This document shows, piece after piece, positions 26,843 through 34,971 of a stretch of 45,600 nt of DNA. The notes beneath the pieces are model-generated. The model made no database searches. It worked only from the letters and a program-made list of their open reading frames with translations, and had not been told where the DNA came from. Numbering within the stretch: the first letter of the stretch is position 1; every line of letters starts with the position of its first letter. The translations under genes were made by a program, and so were the position numbers. The stretch comes from Gammaproteobacteria bacterium (GTDB lineage Bacteria > Pseudomonadota > Gammaproteobacteria > Steroidobacterales > Rariloculaceae). The stretch is taken from contig CAUZMW010000002.1 of the NCBI GenBank assembly GCA_963581225.1, forward strand, positions 1-45,600, in the 5' to 3' direction.

Positions 26843-27964
26843 ATGACGGTAGAAAAACTGGATAAGATCGGCCTGGCGGTCGTTGGCTGCGGCACGATCG
26901 GCCGTATTCGGGCGGGATTTGCGCGGCAGTATCCGGGCGTTGAGTGGCTGGGTCTCTGTGACGTGAAGGAGGATCTTGGCAGGAAGCTTGCCGAGGATAC
27001 AGAGGCCGACTTCTTTACGACCGACGTCCGCGAGCTTCTGGGTCGGCCGGAGGTCAACGCCGTCATGATTCTGACGGAGGAGAGCCAGCATACCGGGCCG
27101 ACACTCCTGGCTGCGGAACGTGGTTTCAAACTGTTTATCGAAAAGCCGTTGGCGACCGATCCTCGCGAGTCAGCGCAGATTCTCAAGGCGATCACGGATG
27201 GTGGCTTGGACGCCTGCGTTGGTTATACGCAGCGATTTCGCCGACGCTTCCTGGCAGTCAAGGAGCGCTTGACGAATGGGCAGATAGGCGACGTCCATTC
27301 AGTGATTACCCGAGCTTTCATGAATCGAATGGTCCCGATTGCAACGATCTCGAAAACAAAACACCGCAAGAATTTAACGCCAATGGTCGTATCTGGAACG
27401 CATAGCCTCGATATTTCGATGTGGCTGATGGAGGGGAAGACGCCGGTCTCCGTATACGCACGTTCAACTGAGAAGGTGCTAGCGTATCTGGGAACCAAGG
27501 ATTCCACTTTCGGTTTGTTTGTCATGGATGACGGCACGATCTTCTCGATGAATATTAGCTGGGGTTTACCGGTGGTCTGGCCTGGGTCCGTCTACGGCCT
27601 GGAGATCGGAATCGTGGGGACGAAAGGTGTCATCGACATCGAAGATACTCATCGCGATCTTGTGCTCGCGACTGAAGAACCACTGCCGGCTGGTTACACG
27701 ACGGAGAACTTCCAGCCGCCGATGGAGCGGCATGTGGACTTTCTGACGAGCTATCCGCCTGGGGATGTCTGGAACAGTCAGTTCTGGGGGCCGATGAAGG
27801 AGGAGACGATCTCTTGGTTCACACGCATTATGATGGGTATCGATACTCCGCATGCATCGGCGGCGGACGGTCATCGCAATCTGTTGTTGACGATGGCCAT
27901 GGATCGATCTGCGCACCTCGGTAAAGAGATTGCGTTGCCGGTCGAGCTGGAGGACTTCTACTAA
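26843..27964 (+). CDS. Gfo/Idh/MocA-family oxidoreductase
   Basis: ATG directly abuts the tctA stop. IGLAVVGCGTIG Rossmann motif, IEKPLAT, GYTQRFRRRF. Confidence 0.85.
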   Translation: MTVEKLDKIGLAVVGCGTIGRIRAGFARQYPGVEWLGLCDVKEDLGRKLAEDTEADFFTTDVRELLGRPEVNAVMILTEESQHTGPTLLAAERGFKLFIEKPLATDPRESAQILKAITDGGLDACVGYTQRFRRRFLAVKERLTNGQIGDVHSVITRAFMNRMVPIATISKTKHRKNLTPMVVSGTHSLDISMWLMEGKTPVSVYARSTEKVLAYLGTKDSTFGLFVMDDGTIFSMNISWGLPVVWPGSVYGLEIGIVGTKGVIDIEDTHRDLVLATEEPLPAGYTTENFQPPMERHVDFLTSYPPGDVWNSQFWGPMKEETISWFTRIMMGIDTPHASAADGHRNLLLTMAMDRSAHLGKEIALPVELEDFY

Positions 27965-28306
27965 CACTTGTAGTGGAGGCAACCGACGACGCGGGAGCTA
28001 TCGTTGCACGGTGATGCGAGATGCAGTCGGCGCCGCCGTCGTACCGATTGAATCGGCTACGAGTCTCCCGTTCTAGAAATGACTTTAACTTTCTCTTGTA
28101 CGCAGGTGAGGGCCGGTTATGGCCGAAGCGGACGCAGAGGCTGCCGAAAAACGAGGTTTCTTAACGGCTACTATCCGGGAAAAGAGCGGACATCAAGCCG
28201 TCAGCCTCAGCTTGATTGAGGAGAATTTCATCAGATTTGCAGGCATAGATGCGCCTGACCCAGGTAGAATCGGCTTTTTGAGCGATACCCGATCCAAGGG
28301 GGATCA

Positions 28307-28894
28307 ATGGCTTCGGTCTGGGGAGAGTTAAAGCGACGTAGCGTCGTTAAGGTTGCGGTGGCGTACGCCATTGTCGCCTGGTTGTTGATCCAGATTATCG
28401 TCTCGGTCGAAGGGCCACTAAATCTTCCCGACTGGATCGACACCTTCGTTATCGTGCTGTTGGCGGTCGGCTTTGTCGTCTCATTGATTTCCGCTTGGGC
28501 GTACGAGTTGACTCCAGACGGTGTGAAGCAAGCAAAGTTGCTGCCAGGAAGCGTTACGAGTATGGTCGGGCAGCTTGCGGAGTTCGATCCCGACCAACCG
28601 ATTCAGCTTCGTGGCACGCTGACGAAGATCGAGCTCATCAATTCGCATTCGTGGTTTCACATCGATGTCGTCACGGAAAACGGTGCCATTGAGGCTTGGG
28701 CGATCGAAGCAGGAACACCCAATACGCTGTTCCGTAAGGGCATCAACAAGAACACGCTACCGCTGGGTATAGAGATCATTGTCGACGGTTATCGGGCCAA
28801 GAACGGCACGACCACCGCCAGTGGCCGTGACATCACGTTCTCGGACGGACGGCAGTTGTACTTGGAAGGATCGGCGCCGCCCGCTCCCGAGTAA
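28307..28894 (+). CDS. N-terminally membrane-anchored protein with a C-terminal DUF6152-like domain lacking the His-His start
   Basis: AAGGGGG RBS. N-terminus ELKRRSVVKVAVAYAIVAWLLIQ...LPDWIDTFVIVLLAVGFVVSLISAWAYELTPDG is a two-TM module I recall from many TPR/cyclase proteins. C-terminus LAEFDPDQPIQLRGTLTKIELINSHSWFHIDV...NTLFRKG aligns with the HHS-family domain. Confidence 0.6.
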   Translation: MASVWGELKRRSVVKVAVAYAIVAWLLIQIIVSVEGPLNLPDWIDTFVIVLLAVGFVVSLISAWAYELTPDGVKQAKLLPGSVTSMVGQLAEFDPDQPIQLRGTLTKIELINSHSWFHIDVVTENGAIEAWAIEAGTPNTLFRKGINKNTLPLGIEIIVDGYRAKNGTTTASGRDITFSDGRQLYLEGSAPPAPE

Positions 28895-28941
28895 GCCTCG
28901 AAGAAAATGAGCTAGTGGAAGCGGAAAAAACGGAGGATTAA

Positions 28942-30021
28942 ATGCTGCAAGCAAGAACAATACGGCTTTTCATCATGGCTGTTATAGCCGCTACCTGGTC
29001 GGTGGGACTACTCGCGCAGAACAGAAACGCGCCTATGGCACGGTGGTGGGAGCCCACCAACGACCTCCAGAATCCATGGGTTGGGCAGGTGCTGCCCCTC
29101 CCTGACGGCAGAGACTGGGGGTCCACGGCCGGCGTAGATGTCGACCCGACGAACGGCACTGTCTGGATTATCGATCGATGTGGTTCCAATACCTGCGTCG
29201 GTTCGGATCTCGATCCGATCCTCCATTACGATGCGAATGGCGCGTTTCTGAACAGCTTCGGCAGTGAGATGTTTGCTTTCCCCCACGGCATACACGTCGA
29301 TATGAACGGGAACGTTTGGGTGACTGATCCGTTGCCTGCGGATGGGAGAGGAGCTGGTGGGAATGTTGGTCAACAGGTCACGAAGTTTAATCCGAACGGC
29401 GAAGTTCTCATGGAGTTAGGAACTAGGATGGTGACAGGGAGGGGCACGAACACGTTCAGTTCGCCTTCCGATGTCGTTGTTGGCAGAAACGGTGACATCT
29501 TCGTGGCGGACGGACATGCAGAGGGCACGAACGAGCGCATCGTGAAGTTCGACCGAAACGGAAAGTACATTAAGGAGTGGGGAGTCCCTGGCTTTGGACC
29601 TTGCGGGAGCAACCAGTTCTCGAGCCTTCACGCGCTGGAGCTTGACTCTCAAGGCAGGCTTTTCGTCGGGGATCGCGACAACAACCGCATTCAGATTTTC
29701 GACCAGGAGGGAAATTTCCTGGAATGCTGGTTCCAGTTCGGCCGCCCGAGCGGAATTCATATCGATGCCAACGACATCATCTATGTCGCTGACTCCGAAT
29801 CGAGGACCGATGCTCCTGACTATGGCGGTCCGCCGAGCCCATTCGCGCGCGGGATCCGAGTGGGAAGCGCAAAGGACGGTTCCGTGAGCTATTTCATCCC
29901 GGACCCAGAACAACTCAGAGGAGGCAGCAGCGCAGCGGAGGGCGTTGCTGCAACTGACGACGGCATCATATTTGGTGCGGAAGTGGGTCCCCGGCAGGTG
30001 TTACGTTACGAGCGACAATAG
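28942..30021 (+). CDS. Exported NHL-repeat six-bladed beta-propeller protein
   Basis: GGAGG RBS and a signal peptide. NHL-type repeats: NGNVWVTD, NGDIFVADGH..ERIVKFDRNGKY, GRLFVGDRDNNRIQIFDQEGNF, IIYVADSES. Confidence 0.7.
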   Translation: MLQARTIRLFIMAVIAATWSVGLLAQNRNAPMARWWEPTNDLQNPWVGQVLPLPDGRDWGSTAGVDVDPTNGTVWIIDRCGSNTCVGSDLDPILHYDANGAFLNSFGSEMFAFPHGIHVDMNGNVWVTDPLPADGRGAGGNVGQQVTKFNPNGEVLMELGTRMVTGRGTNTFSSPSDVVVGRNGDIFVADGHAEGTNERIVKFDRNGKYIKEWGVPGFGPCGSNQFSSLHALELDSQGRLFVGDRDNNRIQIFDQEGNFLECWFQFGRPSGIHIDANDIIYVADSESRTDAPDYGGPPSPFARGIRVGSAKDGSVSYFIPDPEQLRGGSSAAEGVAATDDGIIFGAEVGPRQVLRYERQ

Positions 30022-30036
30022 AACGGAAGAGAGGTA

Positions 30037-30060
30037 CGCGAGCGCTTATTAGCGCTCGCG
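30037..30060. terminator. Perfect 10-bp GC-rich hairpin between convergent genes (candidate bidirectional terminator)
   Basis: CGCGAGCGCT-TATT-AGCGCTCGCG, located between the stops at 30021 (+) and 30080 (-). No clear U-tract. Confidence 0.5.
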
Positions 30061-30079
30061 CTCAACGATTACCGGACTA

Positions 30080-30646
30080 CTAACGTCGCTGTACCGCTTC
30101 GAGTGACTTCAAGACATTCTCCGCCGGCGTAATCCCGCTGATCGTCTCGGCGATCTTGCCATCCGGGCTCACGATGAACGTCGTGCGCTCGGCGAAGCCG
30201 TGATCGATCTCGACACCACGCGTGTCCTCTGCACCCTCGCGGCGATCGCGAACGACGAGGTTGTACGACCTGGCGATATCGCCGGAAGCGTCGGAGGCTA
30301 CGGCAAGCTTGCCGGCGCAATACTCCGGATCGGCCGAAAAGTCATTGAGTCGCTCGATGCTGTCGAGAGAGACCCCGATCACGCTCGCGCCCGCGGCCGT
30401 GAACTGATCCATGTTCTCGGCGAACTCGTGCGCCTGAATGTTGCACCCTCGCGTAAAAGCCGACGGGTAGAAGTAGACCACGACCGGGCCCGCATCGAGC
30501 GCCTCACGGAGCGAGAAATCGAACGGCTCGCCGTTCAACGACGCTCTCGCCTCGAAGATCGGAGCGTTATCGCCTACTTCCAGCGCTGCGAAGGCGGGCA
30601 GAGCGGCGATAGTAACGCCCAGAATACCGAATAGAATCTTTTTCAT
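30080..30646 (-). CDS. Exported peroxiredoxin (AhpC/TSA, BCP-like)
   Basis: ORF 30080..30727. ATG 30646 gives the signal MKKILFGILGVTIAALPAFA. Redoxin motif VVYFYPSAFTRGC. Confidence 0.8.
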   Translation of the reverse strand: MKKILFGILGVTIAALPAFAALEVGDNAPIFEARASLNGEPFDFSLREALDAGPVVVYFYPSAFTRGCNIQAHEFAENMDQFTAAGASVIGVSLDSIERLNDFSADPEYCAGKLAVASDASGDIARSYNLVVRDRREGAEDTRGVEIDHGFAERTTFIVSPDGKIAETISGITPAENVLKSLEAVQRR

Positions 30647-30760
30647 GATATCCCCATTCTTGGTTGGTCCGATTTTAGTGCCTGGCGGCCAATGCTCTAT
30701 CCTGACGACTGCGAAGGCGACACGCAAGCCCTGGAATAGGCGTTACGGCCGAAGGGAGTA

Positions 30761-31729
30761 CTACTTGATCGCCATCGGATTCAACGGCGAGCCGACGCCG
30801 CCCGTCACCGGCAGCGGTGGCGCGCAGAAAAAGAACTCGTAGACGCCGTCCTCCGCGCAGTCCTCGGCCAGGTGATCGACGACGAAGATCTCGCCCATCG
30901 TAATGCCGATCATCGGGATTACGACCCAATGCCACGGCTGTTGTGCATCGGTGGTTTCGTTGGGGCGCACTTCGCAGCCCCAGGTGTCGCAACAGATCGC
31001 CGCGATTTCTTTCTCGTAGATCCACTCGGCTGTTTCGAAGGCTAACCCGGGCGCATCGCCGCCGGCGTAGCTGCCCCAGTCTCCGGCGCGCTGACGTTGC
31101 CCGAGCATTCCGGTGCGGACGATGACGAAGTCGCCGCGACGCACTTCGACTCCCTGTGCTTCGGCGGTCTCGTCGAGGTCCGCTCTCGTGATCGCCATTC
31201 CCTCGTCGAGCGACTCGACACCGGCGTGCTTCGCGACGTCCAGAAGGATGCCTCGTCCTGCCATCCTGTCTTTAACTTTTTCGATACCGTTTTTTTGTGC
31301 GCCGTTGGAATCGACGAGGCGGGCGTCATAGCCGTTCCACATCTTGTCGTCGAAGAAAATATGCCCGAGCGCGTCCCACTGCGTACCGCACTGTAACGGC
31401 AATGAGACCATATCGTCGGCATAACGAAATTTTCCTGCATCTTGGTTGCCGGCGACCGCATCGGTACCAGTCGCGAGCATCGTATGGATCGGATTGAAGC
31501 GGTTGCCCCAGAGCGCTTTCTGCGGGCCGTCCTTGTCGAAGTTCAGGCCCAGAGAGAAGGTCTTTCCCTTTCGAACGAGCGCAGCGGCTGCGATGATGTC
31601 TTCGGGCGTAATGAAATTCAGCGTGCCGGCCTCGTCATCGGGGCCCCACCGACCCCAGTTCTTACACTTCTCCGCCGTTTCGCGGAGAATGTCCATGTTG
31701 AGTTTGCCCTCGCTATAGTGTCGCGGCAT
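30761..31729 (-). CDS. Cytoplasmic cyclase-family protein (kynurenine formamidase-like fold)
   Basis: ORF 30761..32014. ATG 31729 follows AAGGAAGGTGG. N-terminus ...WGRWGPDDEAGTLNFITPEDI. Core motif QCGTQWDALGH. The longer ORF would overlap the divergent SDR gene. Confidence 0.75.
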   Translation of the reverse strand: MPRHYSEGKLNMDILRETAEKCKNWGRWGPDDEAGTLNFITPEDIIAAAALVRKGKTFSLGLNFDKDGPQKALWGNRFNPIHTMLATGTDAVAGNQDAGKFRYADDMVSLPLQCGTQWDALGHIFFDDKMWNGYDARLVDSNGAQKNGIEKVKDRMAGRGILLDVAKHAGVESLDEGMAITRADLDETAEAQGVEVRRGDFVIVRTGMLGQRQRAGDWGSYAGGDAPGLAFETAEWIYEKEIAAICCDTWGCEVRPNETTDAQQPWHWVVIPMIGITMGEIFVVDHLAEDCAEDGVYEFFFCAPPLPVTGGVGSPLNPMAIK

Positions 31730-31846
31730 AGTGCCCACCTTCCTTCTGTTTTCAGGACTCAGAATGTCGTTTGCCCGCATTACGGTGGATGCCTCCTTGG
31801 ATGTCAACCGCCGCGCGGATGCTTCGCTCGCACGGAGGTCAGACTG

Positions 31847-32626
31847 ATGGGTGCCTCCAACGAGGAACACTTCAAGACGCCGACCATGCGCCTGGACGGC
31901 CTTGTGGCCGTTGTCACCGGCGCCGGACGCGGTCTCGGTCGCGCGTGTGCGCTTGCGCTTGCAGAGGCGGGCGCGAGCCCCGTGCTGGTCAGCCGTACCG
32001 AGAGCGAACTTCAAGCCGTCGCCGCGATTATCGCCGCGGACGGAGGCACGGCCTCGACGTTAGTCTGCGATGTCACCGATGTCCGCCAGGTTGAGAGCGC
32101 CATTGGCGGGCTCGAGCGGATCGATATTCTTGTCAATGCCGCCGGCTTCAATATTCCTGAGCCGCTCGACGACGTGACTGAGGAACATTTCGATAAGGTC
32201 ATAACGGTTAACGTCAAGGGCACGTTCATGGTGTCTCAGGCTGCTGTTCGCCGCATGCGGGCTGGTGGCAGTGGCGGGGCGATCATTAACATCTCCTCGC
32301 AGATGGGCCATGTCGGCGCGCCGAATCGAACGGTGTACTGTGCGTCGAAACACGCCGTGGAGGGCATGACGAAAGCCATGGCCGTCGAACTTGCGCCAGA
32401 GAAGATTCGCGTCAACTCGATCGGGCCGACGTTTATCCTCACGCCGCTGACCGAGCCCTTCTTCGAAGATCAGGCGTTCAGAGAGGATACGTTGCGGCGA
32501 ATACCGCGCGGCGAGGTCGGTCAGCCGACGGACGTGATGGGCGCCGTGGTTTTTCTTGCGTCACCGGCGGCGGCCCTGATCACGGGCGCCGCGTTGGTGA
32601 TCGATGGCGGGTGGACCGCCTGGTAA
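31847..32626 (+). CDS. Short-chain dehydrogenase/reductase (SDR)
   Basis: ORF 31442..32626. ATG 31847 lies 8 nt after GGAGG. TGAGRGLG, NAAG and YCASKHAV motifs. Confidence 0.9.
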   Translation: MGASNEEHFKTPTMRLDGLVAVVTGAGRGLGRACALALAEAGASPVLVSRTESELQAVAAIIAADGGTASTLVCDVTDVRQVESAIGGLERIDILVNAAGFNIPEPLDDVTEEHFDKVITVNVKGTFMVSQAAVRRMRAGGSGGAIINISSQMGHVGAPNRTVYCASKHAVEGMTKAMAVELAPEKIRVNSIGPTFILTPLTEPFFEDQAFREDTLRRIPRGEVGQPTDVMGAVVFLASPAAALITGAALVIDGGWTAW

Positions 32627-32643
32627 AGCTCGGATCGCGTCCT

Positions 32644-32762
32644 GGCGGCCGCTCCCACAAATACGGGGACGGTCTACCAAAATATCTATCTAGACAGTTC
32701 AACAGAGTTGGTGAGTTAGGTAGACCGTCCCCGTATTTGTCGTATTTTTGGGAGCGACGGCC
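32644..32762. repeat. Palindromic intergenic element, copy A (REP/MITE-like)
   Basis: Perfect 21-bp arms: CAAATACGGGGACGGTCTACC (32658-32678) and GGTAGACCGTCCCCGTATTTG (32719-32739). The 40-nt loop contains ATCTAGACAGTTC. Outer arms GGCGGCCGCTCCCA (32644-32657) and TGGGAGCGACGGCC (32749-32762) pair at 12/14. Confidence 0.85.
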
Positions 32763-32781
32763 TCGTCGCGATTCTTCGTTT

Positions 32782-34950
32782 CTACGGCGAGTAGTGATCC
32801 ATGGTCGCGCAATCGGTGCAGCGGACGTCTTCGATCGGCCGCCCGTCTACCATGTCGGCGATCCAGTCCCGATACCGCCGTCCGTCGACCTGGTAGCTGT
32901 AAAAGCGGTCGTAGATATAGGGTAGACCCCGATTGCGGTTACCGGTCTGCGGAATGGAGTCGAAATAGCCGAGGCTGATGACGTGTTTGTTGCCGCCGGC
33001 CACGTAAGTACGGTAGTTGTCGACCTGGCTTTTAACATGCTCGTGGCCCGCCTCGACAACATCGAGGATCGGACCGTCCACGCCCAAGTACTCGAGCATC
33101 TCCGAGAACACCATGTCGTGAGCCGTGATCATCTGCGTGAACACGATCTCCGGGTGACGCCGGGCGGCGGCGATCGTGATGTCTTCGAAGCTGAAGTTGT
33201 CCGGGTCGAGTCCCGCGAAGCCTGTGTGTTCGTTCAATAAGTCCACCGTGCCCCAGGCTTCCCGGATCGGTTGTAGGAGTTCGCCGATGAAGAGCGCGCC
33301 GTTACCGTCACCGAGGTGGCGTACGGCGGCATCGGGGTAGTGATCCGCGACGACCGACGCATAGAAGGGCGTACCGTAGCTCCCCGATGTGTGGCCACTG
33401 ATGACGACGGTTTCGGGCGATTCAAAGTTATCGAAAACCCAGTCGAGGACGGTCATTGCATTGCGATAACCGTTGAAATGCAGCGTGTCGCTGATCCGGG
33501 TCTCACCGTTCTCGAGCGGACCGTCGTTCGGACGCACGGCGTCACCGATATGCATGTCGCCTGTGCAGTAACCGACGAGCACCTTGGTGAAATCCTGAAA
33601 CGGGTTCTCGGAATTATCTTCCGCCATAATTCCGGTCGATCCGGCTGGATTGTCTTCGGCTCGTACGGTCTTTGGATTGTCGTCCATGCGGCCGACGGGT
33701 TCGTCGGTACAGGTCAACCCGGACCAACACGCGCCGCCACCGGGGAAACTGATCAGCACCTTGCTCGGGTCGGCCGGACGGGCGAAGAACCCGTATTCCG
33801 TCCCATAGAGACACATCGTATCTTCGCCGGGGCGAATCGTGTTCCAGTCGTCCGAGAGGTCGGCGAAGGCGGGTCGTCCCACGTGATTCGTAGCCGCGGC
33901 TGTCAGCGTGCCGGCCGTCTGCTCGCATTCGTAAGGCGCGACTGTCTCGCCGGGAACCCAGAACCAGTACTTGCTGAAGGTGGTTGGTTCCGTAAACACG
34001 GCGGGATTCGTCATCGTCATCGTGTAGTCGAGGCGCTTGCCGTCTGCGGTCGGCGTAAATCGCTCAACGATTTCGGCACTGGCGGAGTTCGGGACGCCGG
34101 TCATATCGACATACGGCCAGCTGCTGCCCGTTGTTGTCACCACCAGCGTGTCGCCTTCCCAGCGGCCGACGGAGTGGCCCATCAGAGTCGGTTCGCGACC
34201 TGCCGCTGTTGCACCCGGCGTCATGTCGATTTCCCGTACTGCGTCGCCTTCCTCCATTCGCAGCAGGATCGTGTCCCCGTCTTGAACGAGTTCCATCGGA
34301 TAAGGCTGTTCCATGATCGTCGGCATGCCTTTGTGCACGCAGCCTGCCGCCAGGATCGGGTTGCTGTACATGTCATAGCCGGCACGGGTGGTGGTGGCCG
34401 TAGCGGTTAGCGGAAAGTCGTAGCGCTCGAACAGCATCACTTCCGCGGGCCCGAGGCCGAGGCTCGTGCTCCAGACACGAAAGATAGTCGCCTCCTCGCC
34501 GGACGATCCTTCCAGATCGTCCTCTGTCACCAGCCACGCCGAAGCGTCGCCGGCGACATTCTCGCTCCACCGAGGCGGGAGTCCCGGCATGAAGACGATT
34601 TCCTGGCCGTCCTGCATGAGCATGTTGGTTACGAACATCTCATTGCCGCCGCGTTGCGCCGGCCAGCCGGCCACGCTCACGTGATCACCAGGTGATACGG
34701 CGTCCCGCGTCAGGTTCATTCGCCTGAGGATGCTGACCGAGTTCGCTTCGATGTGCCATACGGCCCCGTCGCCGCTACTGGATTCGATCGTAAAAATGAC
34801 ATGAGGGTTTCGCCATTGAACCTCGATAACCTCGCCTTCCGCTTCGACAGTCGTCTCCGGATCGAAGAACAGGAAAGGTGAGTGATGCCCGGCCGCCGTC
34901 AGGCTATAGAGCATCGATGCCGTGATAACAGCAGGTTTCAGCAATGACAC
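32782..34950 (-). CDS. Exported three-part fusion: HHS/WRNPH (DUF6152-like) domain, conserved Cys-bracketed domain, and pectin-acetylesterase-like alpha/beta-hydrolase domain
   Basis: GTG 34950 lies 9 nt after GGGAG. Signal ...SLTAAG, then HHSPFLFFD..VQWRNPHVIF. Residues ~200-345 are paralogous to the 8485..9513 product. Residues ~355-722 carry PAE/Notum-like landmarks: FPGGGACWSGLTC, VGYCTGDMHIGD, LHFNGYRN, VISGHTSGSYG. Confidence 0.7.
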   Translation of the reverse strand: MSLLKPAVITASMLYSLTAAGHHSPFLFFDPETTVEAEGEVIEVQWRNPHVIFTIESSSGDGAVWHIEANSVSILRRMNLTRDAVSPGDHVSVAGWPAQRGGNEMFVTNMLMQDGQEIVFMPGLPPRWSENVAGDASAWLVTEDDLEGSSGEEATIFRVWSTSLGLGPAEVMLFERYDFPLTATATTTRAGYDMYSNPILAAGCVHKGMPTIMEQPYPMELVQDGDTILLRMEEGDAVREIDMTPGATAAGREPTLMGHSVGRWEGDTLVVTTTGSSWPYVDMTGVPNSASAEIVERFTPTADGKRLDYTMTMTNPAVFTEPTTFSKYWFWVPGETVAPYECEQTAGTLTAAATNHVGRPAFADLSDDWNTIRPGEDTMCLYGTEYGFFARPADPSKVLISFPGGGACWSGLTCTDEPVGRMDDNPKTVRAEDNPAGSTGIMAEDNSENPFQDFTKVLVGYCTGDMHIGDAVRPNDGPLENGETRISDTLHFNGYRNAMTVLDWVFDNFESPETVVISGHTSGSYGTPFYASVVADHYPDAAVRHLGDGNGALFIGELLQPIREAWGTVDLLNEHTGFAGLDPDNFSFEDITIAAARRHPEIVFTQMITAHDMVFSEMLEYLGVDGPILDVVEAGHEHVKSQVDNYRTYVAGGNKHVISLGYFDSIPQTGNRNRGLPYIYDRFYSYQVDGRRYRDWIADMVDGRPIEDVRCTDCATMDHYSP

Positions 34951-34971
34951 GTCAATGAACTCCCGATCTGA

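Noticed and set aside
28119-28331. 70-aa ORF in the 340-bp gap before the membrane-anchored gene
   Set aside because: It has a GAGGG-like RBS but no recognisable motif, and it overlaps the well-supported 28307 start. Evidence is insufficient to call it. The gap could instead hold a promoter or leader.
31730-32014. N-terminal extensions of the cyclase ORF (to 32014) and of the SDR ORF (back to 31442)
   Set aside because: The extensions overlap each other on opposite strands and are Arg-rich. Good RBS-ATG pairs exist at 31729 (-) and 31847 (+), giving family-typical N-termini.
33316-34410. 364-aa plus-strand ORF
   Set aside because: It lies antisense to the 722-aa fusion gene, whose translation has clear paralogy and domain motifs. 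The antisense product is Arg/Gly/Val-rich with no motifs.
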